NCBI GenBank assembly: GCA_003488325.1
Contig: DNLZ01000243.1
Span: 1 to 24,140 of the forward strand
Origin: Planctomycetaceae bacterium
Lineage (GTDB): Bacteria; Planctomycetota; Planctomycetia; Pirellulales; UBA1268
DNA: 24,140 nucleotides
Reading direction: 5' to 3'
Under the pieces are notes generated by a model, which ran no database searches, was not told the DNA's origin, and saw nothing but the letters and a program-made list of their open reading frames with translations. How positions within the stretch are numbered: the first letter of the stretch is position 1; every line of letters starts with the position of its first letter. A program made the position numbers and the translations under genes. This document shows positions 9,324-18,077 of the stretch, piece after piece.

Positions 9324-11906
9324 ATGCCGCCAACCCATCGTCGCTGCGTGCGGTCCGCCACACCTCTGGCCGCACTGGTGCTCGCCTCGGCCGCCCTGCC
9401 GTGCCTCGTCACCGCGGAGGAACCGCTGACGGAGTCCGATCGGCAGCGCGTCGTGGTCTCGGGTATCGCCGACACCTTCGACCCGGTGCGGGAGGCGATC
9501 GCGAAGGTGACACGCGCCGGTGGACGGGACTACCGGGTGATCGTCGTCGGCTCGGCCGGCGACGGCAGCGAGGCACGCACCGCCCTCGACGCGGTCCTCG
9601 ATCGCTGGCGCGACCGACCGGCGAGCGGCGGCACGGCGGACTTCGACCCGGCGACCGACATCGCGATCCTGCTCGACGTCGAGGGCCGCTCGGTCGCCAT
9701 GAAGGTGCCCTACGGCGTCGAGGTCACGAGCGGACTCGACACGGGCACGGTGGAGCGGGAGCTGATCTCGCGCGTCTTCGTGCCGCGGGCCAAGGATGGG
9801 CTGTACGCCGAGGGGCTCGCGGACCTCGTCACCGCGACCGAGCGGCTCATCTCCGCACGTGCGGCCGATGCGAAGCGCCGCGTCGAGGCGGCCCGCGTGT
9901 TCCGCACCCGCACGCTGCCGCTCGGCATCGCGGGATTCGCCGTCGCCGGTTCCCTCGGCGCGCTCGCCGTGCAGTACGCCAGGCACTCCCGGCGGCTCCG
10001 GGCGGCCCGCGAGAAACTCGCGACGTTCAAGGCGGAGGTCGTCGGCCTCTCGGAACTGCTCGACGAGCAGCAGGAGCGGCACCGCATGCTGCCACACACC
10101 GATCCCGACTACGTCACGCCGATGGAGGGCCAGACCCGCGCCGTCTACGACTCCGTGCAGGGATCGATCCGACGCTACCGGGAGCGCTGGCTCGGGCTCA
10201 TGGACGTGTGGGAACGGGCACAGAAGCACGTCGATGGCGAGTGGTTCCTCGGGACGTCGTCCGCCGACGAGGCGCTCCGCCTGCTCGATTCGGCCGAGGC
10301 TCGGCCACCGCTCGCGGACGTGGCAGGCGAGTGCCGCGCACCGCTCGACACGCTCGAGGCGGCACATGAGCGGGCGCGCGAGCTCCTGGCCGAACTCGAC
10401 TCGGCGACGGGGATGACGACCGAATCGCTCGCGGCTCTCGCCACGCGGGGGCGGTCCGCCGGATCACTCCAGGCGCCGCTCGCCGAGGTGGCCCGGGCCC
10501 GCACGCAGGCGGCTGGTGAGCTCGAGTCGGACCCCGTTTCCGCACGTGGCCGTCTCGAGGATGCGTCGGCCGCGCTCGCCGACCTGAACGGCCGGCTCGA
10601 GGCGATCGAGGAGGCCGACGACCGGAGGCAGCGGGCGATCGCGCAGGCCGACGCCGCCGAAGCCCGCGTGCGGCAGCGTCGGGCCGAGGGGTGGCTGCTC
10701 GCCGAAGAGGGCGCGAACCCGGACGAGCAGCTCGAGACCACCCGCGCGGAGTGCGCGCTGGCGGCGCAGCTGCTCGACGCCGGCGAGCCCGAAGCGGCCG
10801 CCGCGCACCTCGAGCGAGCCGAACGGATCGCCGCCGACGTCCTCGCGCTCGTCGAGCGTGTCGCCTCGGCACGACAGCGGATCGACGAGCTGCTGCCCGG
10901 CATCGCAGCGCGGGTGGAGGCTCTCGTCGGACGACGGCCGGAAGCCCTGCGCGCCCTCGAGCACCTCGGCGTCCACCACGCGGAACGGTCGTGGGCCGAC
11001 GTCGCCGACAACCTCACCCGCGCCGACGAGGGCCTCGCTCGCGTGCGCACGCTCCTCCTCGAGGCGAGGGCTGCGGCTGAGCCCTCGCGACAGGACTACT
11101 TTCGGGCCGTGGCGATCCTCGAGGAGGCCGCCCGGCAGGCGGACTGGACGGAGGGCTGCCTCGCGGCGATCACCGACCGGTATGCCGAACTCGAGGAGCT
11201 CCGCGCGGCGCTGCCGGCGCGGCGGGACACCGTGCGACAGCGTGTCGTGGAATTGGAGCGGCGCCTGCATCGTCAGCGGACCGACCGTCCACGCGCCGGC
11301 GAACGGTGCCGCGAGGCGGTGCGGCTTCTCGAGGTGGCCGATCAAGGCCTGGCGACCCAGAGGCCCGACCTCCCCCGGGCGGCCCAGCTCGTCGATGCCG
11401 CCGATGCCGCGTGTGCCCGCGGCGGCCAGCTCGCCGACGAGGACGAACGGCTCGCCACGCAGGCCCTGTCGGACGTCGAGGAGACCGACGCGGCGCTGCG
11501 GCGGATCGCCGCGTGGTATGCCGAAGGCGTGCAGGCCGACGTGCGGGCCGCGGCGGCCCAGCTCGACAACGCCCGCTCCCTCCTCTCCCGCCAGCGCTAC
11601 GAGGAAGCGATCGCCGCGGCGTCGGAGGCATCCCGCGCCGGCCGCCTGGCCTACGCGGCGGCGACGGCGGAGGCGGAGCGCCGCCAGCTCCTTCGGCAGC
11701 AGGAGATCGAGCAGCGTCGCATGGCGGAGTCGTTCGAGCGCATGTCGCGCGGTGCCGGCCCGTGGATGATCCAACTGCCGGGTGGGCCGCTCGCCGGCCC
11801 CAGCCCATGGCGATCGGTGCAGGGCGGCGCGCGACGATCGGCGGCGCCGCCATCCTCGACCGCCGGACGGGGGTGGTCGCGCGACATCGCGCAGGGGCGC
11901 TGGTAG
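9324..11906 (+). CDS. Membrane protein: signal peptide, TPM-like domain, one TM helix, ~600-aa helical/coiled-coil region and Gly/Trp-rich tail
   Basis: Signal-like LAALVLASAALPCLVTA. TPM-like segment (~9417-9850) with YRVIVV, IAILLDVEGRSVAM and FVPRAKDGLYAEGL. TM LPLGIAGFAVAGSLGALAVQY (~9915-9977). The remainder is A/E/R/L-rich with heptad-like spacing. Confidence 0.8.
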   Translation: MPPTHRRCVRSATPLAALVLASAALPCLVTAEEPLTESDRQRVVVSGIADTFDPVREAIAKVTRAGGRDYRVIVVGSAGDGSEARTALDAVLDRWRDRPASGGTADFDPATDIAILLDVEGRSVAMKVPYGVEVTSGLDTGTVERELISRVFVPRAKDGLYAEGLADLVTATERLISARAADAKRRVEAARVFRTRTLPLGIAGFAVAGSLGALAVQYARHSRRLRAAREKLATFKAEVVGLSELLDEQQERHRMLPHTDPDYVTPMEGQTRAVYDSVQGSIRRYRERWLGLMDVWERAQKHVDGEWFLGTSSADEALRLLDSAEARPPLADVAGECRAPLDTLEAAHERARELLAELDSATGMTTESLAALATRGRSAGSLQAPLAEVARARTQAAGELESDPVSARGRLEDASAALADLNGRLEAIEEADDRRQRAIAQADAAEARVRQRRAEGWLLAEEGANPDEQLETTRAECALAAQLLDAGEPEAAAAHLERAERIAADVLALVERVASARQRIDELLPGIAARVEALVGRRPEALRALEHLGVHHAERSWADVADNLTRADEGLARVRTLLLEARAAAEPSRQDYFRAVAILEEAARQADWTEGCLAAITDRYAELEELRAALPARRDTVRQRVVELERRLHRQRTDRPRAGERCREAVRLLEVADQGLATQRPDLPRAAQLVDAADAACARGGQLADEDERLATQALSDVEETDAALRRIAAWYAEGVQADVRAAAAQLDNARSLLSRQRYEEAIAAASEASRAGRLAYAAATAEAERRQLLRQQEIEQRRMAESFERMSRGAGPWMIQLPGGPLAGPSPWRSVQGGARRSAAPPSSTAGRGWSRDIAQGRW

Positions 11907-11924
11907 GCGTGCGCTGACACCCGG

Positions 11925-11940
11925 CGGCGCGGCCGCGCCG
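11925..11940. terminator. GC-rich palindrome between convergent genes, possible terminator or stability hairpin
   Basis: CGGCGCGGCCGCGCCG is a perfect 16-nt palindrome in the 41-nt gap between stops at 11906 and 11948. There is no U-tract. Confidence 0.3.
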
Positions 11941-11947
11941 CGGCGGT

Positions 11948-12868
11948 TCAACGAACCGTGATCGGAGGCACGTCGAGGCGGCCGATCTCGGCGGCCGGGC
12001 GGTCACCCGCCGGAACGCGCCCCTCGAGATGCTGCTCCATCCGTTCCACGCGTTCCCGCACGGCCCGTGGGAGTCGGCTGCGGGCCTCGGGCGTGTCGAT
12101 GCAGTCGTCGAACACGAGCCGTCCCGCACGGTCCGTCACGACGAGACGCGTGTCGTCCCCGGCAGTCAGCCGGATCTGGTAGTCGGCATCCTTGCGGACG
12201 AGCGTCTGTGCCGCCGGAGGTGCGGGCGGAGCCGTCGCGCCCAACTCGCTCCCGGGGAGCGTGAGGGTCGGTGGCGGGGGCGCCGTGCGCGCCTCGGAGG
12301 ACGACCCGAGCCGCGGCAGCTTCGCGAGCGTGGAGGCGGCCGGTCGCAGGGCATCCCGCGCGGCAGCTGAGACCGCCGCGGACGGAGCGGCCCCGTCACG
12401 CGCATCGAGGTCGATCACGACCGGCTTGCCGGCCCGCAGGACGTGGCATGCCAGCGGCACGCCGCGGGGCGACGCCTCCAGGAAGGCCGCGAACTGCTCC
12501 GGAAGCAGCATCAACTGGTCGTCGATGCGCACGAGCACGTCGTTGACCTGGAACCCGGCTCGGGCGGCGGCGGACGAGGGCTGCACCGAGTCGACGACGA
12601 GTCCGGACCCGCGCTCGAGCGCGAGCTGATCGCGCAGCACCTGCGGGGCGCGCGTGAGCCTCAGTCCCGCATCGACCACGGGCGTGGTGGCGACGACCTC
12701 ACCGACCGGCTGCAGATGGGATCGCGGGGCTGGACGACTGCCGGGCGCGGCGACCAGGCTCGGAGGAACGGCCGGTGATTCGCCTCGCACGGGCACGGCC
12801 GCACCGAGGAGCGCGATGAGCGCCAGACATCTGACGCGGTGGGTCACGACGCGGTTGGCGATCGGCAT
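11948..12868 (-). CDS. Exported PDZ-domain protein without a protease domain
   Basis: Signal-like CLALIALLGAAVPVRG. PDZ segment AGLRL...GSGLVVDSVQPSSAAARAGFQVNDVLVRIDDQ...VLRAGKP, then a Pro/Ala linker and a small C-terminal domain. Confidence 0.85.
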   Translation of the reverse strand: MPIANRVVTHRVRCLALIALLGAAVPVRGESPAVPPSLVAAPGSRPAPRSHLQPVGEVVATTPVVDAGLRLTRAPQVLRDQLALERGSGLVVDSVQPSSAAARAGFQVNDVLVRIDDQLMLLPEQFAAFLEASPRGVPLACHVLRAGKPVVIDLDARDGAAPSAAVSAAARDALRPAASTLAKLPRLGSSSEARTAPPPPTLTLPGSELGATAPPAPPAAQTLVRKDADYQIRLTAGDDTRLVVTDRAGRLVFDDCIDTPEARSRLPRAVRERVERMEQHLEGRVPAGDRPAAEIGRLDVPPITVR

Positions 12869-13218
12869 GACGACGGCACCCCCTTCATGAAACGGATGTC
12901 ACGGCTGGTCCGACGGCCAGACCTCGCGCGTCGATCCGACGGAGACGTGTGTGACGAACCGCGACCGACGACGCCAGATGACCTTTTAGACGGCCGGCAC
13001 CCGTGGGGGTCTGCGCGATCTGCGCGTGACCGGCGAGTGCGGGCTGCCGGCATGAGGTGAGAAGACGGGGCGGGCGGCACGAACTGCTCGGCGTGACCAG
13101 CGGCCAAGTGGCGCCGCACGGCGGCGGAAGACGATGGACCCGACGACGGGACGAGGTCGGCCGGGGGCTGGAGCAGCCCATGGAGTCGCGGCCGATTCCC
13201 GGATGGGGAGTCATCGCC

Positions 13219-14544
13219 ATGTCAGTCGTCGCACGCGCGTGGATTCTGGGTTTCGCCGCACTCGTCGCCTCGGCGGTCGTGTCGGGGCCGCGTGCGGACG
13301 ACATCGCGCTGCCGCCTGCCGACACCCAGCCCGACGCCGAGGAAGCGGCGATCGGCCTCGAACTGCCGACCGACTCGGCACCGCCGGCGGTCGCACCCGA
13401 CGAGCCTGAAGCGGAGGCGACAGGAACCGCGTCGTCGCCCGTGGCGCCCGAACCGACCGAGCCCGAGTCCGCCGAGCCCACCGAGTCCGCCGCCACCACC
13501 TCGGATGCATCGGGCGACGAGGCAACCGCCGTTCTGCCCGCCGACGCGCGGCAGGCCACCGCGGGAGCCGACTCCGCGGTCATGTCGCCCGTGGCGCCGA
13601 CGCCTCCGGCGCCCCCGAAGAAGCCGGTGCTCGTGCCGGGCACCGGCGCGCTCGTCAAGGGTGTGGGCGACGACTTCGAGGACGAGAACTGGAAGTGGCA
13701 CTACAACCACCCGAAGAGTTCCGAGGAGCAGGACAAGCGGCTGCGCGGCCCGCTCGGCAAGAGCGCCAACGGCCGTTGGTTCGAAGGTCCCAAGCGTGGC
13801 ACGCCCGACGTCGTCAAGCGGATCGCCCTGCCGACCACGGGGCTCGAGGGGAGCGAGCACGGCCTGCTCATCTCCACGCTCAACGCGGGCATCCCGGGGC
13901 GCATCAGCTACCAGATGCACCAGGACGACCTCATCTACAACATGCAGCGGGTGACCGGCCAGGGGATCCACACCGCCGACAGCCCGAGCGTGGTCGTGCG
14001 GGTCTACATGCCGCCGCTCGAGCAGTGGGAGCAGCGGTCGGGCCCGAGCTTCGGGTTCCGCGCGGGCTGCTACACCCACGCGATCATCACGGGCAAGGAT
14101 CATCCCCAGAAGGGCAGGTTCGGACTGGAAGAGTACTGGCCCGGGATGTTCGTCTGCCTCGAGAAGGGCGGGCGGCAGCGCGACGGCACCGTGTCCGAGG
14201 ACAAGGTCTTCCTCCGGATTCGGGGTGGCAAGCGCGGGGGCGAGATCCGCGGTCCCGAGATCGGCCAGATGGGCTGGTGGACGCTCGGCCTGTCGTTCTC
14301 ACCGGACGGCATGGTGCACTACTTCGCGAAGCCGGGCGTCGAGAATCTTTCGATGGACGACCACATCACCTCGCAGTATCCGTATGGCTACCGCACCGAG
14401 TGGTTCAAGACCTTCTTCTTCAACGTGTGCTCGCGGGACGACGGCCGCACCTGGAGCACGCCCTGGGTGATCGACGACCCGCAGGTGTACTTCGTCAAGC
14501 GGCCGCAGATGGCCTCGCCCAGCCGCACCCGCACGAAGCGCTGA
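13219..14544 (+). CDS. Secreted protein of unknown function: acidic A/E/P/T linker plus a ~300-aa globular, probably beta-rich domain
   Basis: GGGGAG 8 nt upstream of ATG 13219; signal-like AWILGFAALVASAVVSG-PRA; low-complexity linker; Trp/Gly/Phe-rich domain running from GVGDDFEDENW to WVIDDPQVYF; typical codon bias. Confidence 0.85.
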   Translation: MSVVARAWILGFAALVASAVVSGPRADDIALPPADTQPDAEEAAIGLELPTDSAPPAVAPDEPEAEATGTASSPVAPEPTEPESAEPTESAATTSDASGDEATAVLPADARQATAGADSAVMSPVAPTPPAPPKKPVLVPGTGALVKGVGDDFEDENWKWHYNHPKSSEEQDKRLRGPLGKSANGRWFEGPKRGTPDVVKRIALPTTGLEGSEHGLLISTLNAGIPGRISYQMHQDDLIYNMQRVTGQGIHTADSPSVVVRVYMPPLEQWEQRSGPSFGFRAGCYTHAIITGKDHPQKGRFGLEEYWPGMFVCLEKGGRQRDGTVSEDKVFLRIRGGKRGGEIRGPEIGQMGWWTLGLSFSPDGMVHYFAKPGVENLSMDDHITSQYPYGYRTEWFKTFFFNVCSRDDGRTWSTPWVIDDPQVYFVKRPQMASPSRTRTKR

Positions 14545-14550
14545 CCGCCG

Positions 14551-15837
14551 TCATTCGGCTCGGGCGGTCCGCACGAAGTCGCACGCGGGCGGCAGCAGAT
14601 GGGCGAGCGCGTCGGTGTCGTACGTCACCGTCAGGCCGTCGGCGCCCTGCGGGACGAGGGCGCAGATGCACGTGAGACCCGAGTCGGCCCCGCGGCCTTC
14701 GAGACGCACCTTCCATCCCGACGCCTCCCGACTCCACGTCCCTTCGGCGAAGCCACCCGTCGAGGTGAACACCCACGACCGCACGGCCCGCTCGCGCGGA
14801 TCCCAGCCGATGATCTCGGTGAGCTCCAGCGGCCGCCGCGGGCCGGCCGGCAGGAGCCCCGGAATGCGCTCATCGCCGGGCGCGGGTCGCGCCTCGGGCG
14901 TGTCGTCGAAGGTGACCGTATGCGTGCGCACGAGGAATCCGCGGCCCGCGCTCCAGAAGCAGGCGGTGCCCGCCGTGACGCCAGCCCCGATGTCCTCCCA
15001 CGACCCGACGAGCCACCCGAGTTCCGCCAACGGGTGCGCAGGCGACGGCGTCGCCGCCGCCTGCGAGGACGATGCCTCGCGCATGCTCGCCAGCCGCCAC
15101 TGGCCATCCTCCTCGACCATCACCGCCGAGAACCGCGTCTGCGTCGGGTCCGCCCCGTCGAATGACAGCCGCGTGATGCCGTCCACGACCGCGACCCCTT
15201 CGCGCAGTGGCCGGATCGATTCGACGTCGATGTCGATCGACGCCGACTCTTCCTCCGCGAAGAGGGCCGCGAACACGCCCTGCACCGCTTCGCGGCCGGC
15301 CGTCACCTCGCCCGACGCGAGATCCACGCTCGTGCCACCGGCGGTCCAGAGGGCCGCCAGCCCGCTCGCGTCATGGCGGTTGAACGCCGTCAGGTAGGCC
15401 CGCAGCGCCGCGCGAATGTGCGCGGCAGTGGTCTCTTCGCGATCCCGATCCATCGGTTCGGCCACCACCGACGGGATGACGGTCTGGGCCGCGATGGTCT
15501 GCCATGCGCCCGGGCGGGCCTCCGGTGGCGTGCCCGCCGCACGACCTGTCCCCTGCATCGACGGAAGGCGGCCGGGTGCGACCCGGTGCGAGGCACCGGT
15601 GTGCCCATGGACGGCGATCTGGGCCACGCGGAACGGCCTGGGCTCCGACACGACGACGGGCACACGACTGGTGGCGCGAACGTCCTGCGCGTCCCGGTGC
15701 ACGAGCCCGACCGGCCCACCGGCCGGGCCGCCTCCCGAGCACCCGACGATGCCAGGCAGCGCGAGGAGCGCCGCCCACGCGTGCGACCGCGAGAGGGAAC
15801 GGGGCCATGCCACGCCGAGAGCGATGCGGTCGAACAC
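14551..15837 (-). CDS. Putative lipoprotein with an NTF2/SnoaL-like (DUF4440, SgcJ/EcaC-like) domain and a C-terminal beta-rich domain
   Basis: AAGGAGG 8 nt upstream of GTG 15837; lipobox-like LLALPGIVG-C; NTF2-like YLTAFNRHDASGLAALW...GREAV...GQWRLASMRE; second domain starts LAELGWLVGSWED. Confidence 0.85.
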   Translation of the reverse strand: MFDRIALGVAWPRSLSRSHAWAALLALPGIVGCSGGGPAGGPVGLVHRDAQDVRATSRVPVVVSEPRPFRVAQIAVHGHTGASHRVAPGRLPSMQGTGRAAGTPPEARPGAWQTIAAQTVIPSVVAEPMDRDREETTAAHIRAALRAYLTAFNRHDASGLAALWTAGGTSVDLASGEVTAGREAVQGVFAALFAEEESASIDIDVESIRPLREGVAVVDGITRLSFDGADPTQTRFSAVMVEEDGQWRLASMREASSSQAAATPSPAHPLAELGWLVGSWEDIGAGVTAGTACFWSAGRGFLVRTHTVTFDDTPEARPAPGDERIPGLLPAGPRRPLELTEIIGWDPRERAVRSWVFTSTGGFAEGTWSREASGWKVRLEGRGADSGLTCICALVPQGADGLTVTYDTDALAHLLPPACDFVRTARAE

Positions 15838-15860
15838 GATCGGTACCTCCTTGACCAACT

Positions 15861-15920
15861 GAAACGGGCCGTCCTGAACCTGGCCTCTTGGAACCGGACG
15901 TGCCCGAACCGGACCAGCCG
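15861..15920. repeat. Four degenerate direct repeats with an exact 15-nt period
   Basis: Plus-strand units GAAACGGGCCGTCCT (15861), GAACCTGGCCTCTTG (15876), GAACCGGACGTGCCC (15891) and GAACCGGACCAGCCG (15906). Confidence 0.55.
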
Positions 15921-16066
15921 GGATCGCCGGACGGATGCCGTCGATCCGCGGCCGCGGCGCGTCGTTCCACCGGGGGATCGTACCGTGCGCGCTCACGCCG
16001 CGCACAGCCCACGCCCGCGGTGCTGGCGCCGCTGGCACGCGGCAGGCCGGCCCAACCCGTACGGGC

Positions 16067-17662
16067 TCACTTCGCTTCGGCGGTCACACCCGGAAAGTCA
16101 TCGGTGCGAAACGGCGTGAGTGGCAGGCCGGCAGCGGAGTACATGTTGCAAACCGGGTTGTCGGCCCACGCGTACCGCACGGCGACGGGCTCCGCCACGG
16201 CCGGGCTCGAGACCTCGATCCGACCGTCGTCCAGGATCTTCGCGACCGCCGGCACGAACGCCCGATCCGCTCCCGCGATCGTGAAGCCGACAGGCTCGGC
16301 GACGTCGAACGGCCTCCACGCGGCCTTCGCGGGCTCGACGTTGGCGAACGACAGCACGATGCCGCCTCCGCTCCGCTCCATCGACGCATACCGCGGGCTC
16401 CGACAGGCCACGCCCGAGCGGCCGTAGGTCTCGGCGAGCGCCCAGCGCGCGAGCCGCTTGGCGACATCCTGCTTGTTCTTGGGGTGGATGTCCTTGCCCT
16501 CGCCCAGGTCGATGATGACGGCCTCGCCGGTGTTCGGCAGCGCGTCGAGCGTCATGGTCTGCGCCTCGCGCAGTTCGGCCCAGTCGCTCTCCGCGGGATC
16601 CGGCTTCACCGCCTTGAAGTCCGCCAACTGGACCCAATAGAAGGGGAAGTCGCGGTTGTCGGCGAGGTTCCACTCCTCGCGCCACGACGCGATCATGAGC
16701 GGGAAGAGCTCGCGGTATTGATACGCCCGCGACGCGTTCGACTCGCCCTGGTACCAGATCACGCCGCGCAGCCCGTAGCCGATCGACGGGGTGAGGACGC
16801 CGGAGTGGATGTTGCCGGGCCGCGCGTTGCCCCGCATGCGCCCCTCCGGATTGGCACCGGGATTGGGGCGGGCCGGGGGCTGCGTGCCGTCCGCCTTCGC
16901 CTTGGCCGCGGCCTCCTCCCACTTCTTCACGCTCGCGTCGTAGGCCGCCTTCTCCGCCTCGTATCCGGCCTCCATGCCAGCCCAGCGTTCGTGGATCGCC
17001 CGCAGCGTGGGATGGCCGGCGAGACGGTCGCGTCGCACCCACGCCTCGGCCGCGCTGCCGCCCCACGCGTTGTCGATGAGACCGACGGGCACGCCGAGCG
17101 TCTGGTGCAATTGCCGGCCGAAATAGTAGCCGACTGCCGAGAACTCCCCGACGGTCTCGGGCGAGCAGGCCTGCCACGAGCCGGAGAACGTCCACTGGGG
17201 ATCCTGCGTGCCGACCTGCGGAACCGAGATGAAGCGGATCTGCGGATACGACGCGGCGGCCTTCTCGAGGTCGGCGTCGTTGCTCTGGTTCACGCTCCAC
17301 TGCATGTTCGACTGCCCCGAGCAGATCCAGACCTCGCCGATGAGCACGTCGTTGAACGTGAGCGTGTTCTTGCCCTTGACGGTGAGGGTGTGCGGTCCGC
17401 CATAGGCGGTCACAGGGTCGAGCATGACGTGCCACGCACCGTCAGGACCCGCCGTCCCCGCGTGGGACTGGCCGCCGAGGGTGACGGTCACCTGCTCGCC
17501 CGCATCGGCCCGTCCCCAGATGCGATTGCGGATGCCCTGCTGCAGCACCATGTGATCACCGAACATGGCGTTGAGCGACACATCGGCGGACGCCGTGCAC
17601 GCGACGATGGAGGCGACGAGGGTGATTCCCGCACGGATCGCGGCCTGGTGAGGCATCGACAT
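16067..17662 (-). CDS. Sialate O-acetylesterase-like carbohydrate esterase (SASA / SGNH family), exported
   Basis: FGDHMVLQQ; GEVWICSGQSNM (catalytic Ser block); WGGS; VIWYQGESN; DIHPKNK (Asp-x-His); VRYAWADNP...LPLTPFRTD. AGGAG upstream of ATG 17662, followed by a signal peptide. Confidence 0.93.
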   Translation of the reverse strand: MSMPHQAAIRAGITLVASIVACTASADVSLNAMFGDHMVLQQGIRNRIWGRADAGEQVTVTLGGQSHAGTAGPDGAWHVMLDPVTAYGGPHTLTVKGKNTLTFNDVLIGEVWICSGQSNMQWSVNQSNDADLEKAAASYPQIRFISVPQVGTQDPQWTFSGSWQACSPETVGEFSAVGYYFGRQLHQTLGVPVGLIDNAWGGSAAEAWVRRDRLAGHPTLRAIHERWAGMEAGYEAEKAAYDASVKKWEEAAAKAKADGTQPPARPNPGANPEGRMRGNARPGNIHSGVLTPSIGYGLRGVIWYQGESNASRAYQYRELFPLMIASWREEWNLADNRDFPFYWVQLADFKAVKPDPAESDWAELREAQTMTLDALPNTGEAVIIDLGEGKDIHPKNKQDVAKRLARWALAETYGRSGVACRSPRYASMERSGGGIVLSFANVEPAKAAWRPFDVAEPVGFTIAGADRAFVPAVAKILDDGRIEVSSPAVAEPVAVRYAWADNPVCNMYSAAGLPLTPFRTDDFPGVTAEAK

Positions 17663-17733
17663 GGCAACCGGCTCCTGGTGGCGAGGGGCGGCAGGACGCA
17701 CCCGACGGGCGATCGTTCCCGGCACCCCGCGGC

Positions 17734-17761
17734 AGCATACTGCCCGCGTCACGGGCCTCAA
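17734..17761 (-). promoter_or_regulatory. Candidate sigma70-type promoter of the esterase gene
   Basis: On the minus strand, TTGAGG (17761-17756), 16-nt spacer, TATGCT (17739-17734). Confidence 0.3.
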
Positions 17762-17914
17762 ACCGGCGGGAACCCGCGGTTTCGCGGCACTCCAGCGGTC
17801 TGGCCCGCGACTCCGGAAAAGTCAAATTTTGGCGGAAAGAGCGGCTGTCCGCGGCGGGACAACGGGGCTTGGTGAGGGCTCGGTGAAAAAAACGCACAAC
17901 CGCGCCGCACATCC

Positions 17915-17942
17915 TTGCAAGCCGTTTTACTCTACGTATCCT
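17915..17942 (+). promoter_or_regulatory. Candidate sigma70-type promoter of the YTV gene
   Basis: TTGCAA (17915-17920), 16-nt spacer, TATCCT (17937-17942), in a locally AT-richer stretch preceded by an A-tract at 17886-17892. Confidence 0.45.
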
Positions 17943-18077
17943 ATCCAACTTATCAGGCGGCCGAGCGTTTCGGTCGTCGTGGAGAGCGGTCTCTTCGACC
18001 GACCGGCTTCGGGCGCGTTCTCGACAACGTCTCGATCCAGTTCCTGTGTTCCCCCCCTTGTTTCTGAGGAGTTCCTG

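Noticed and set aside
17900-17920. Possible sigma54 site (CGCAC...TTGCA) upstream of the YTV gene, and GGCACGAACTGC near 13075
   Set aside because: The first lacks the required GG, and neither gives the strict GG-N10-GC spacing.
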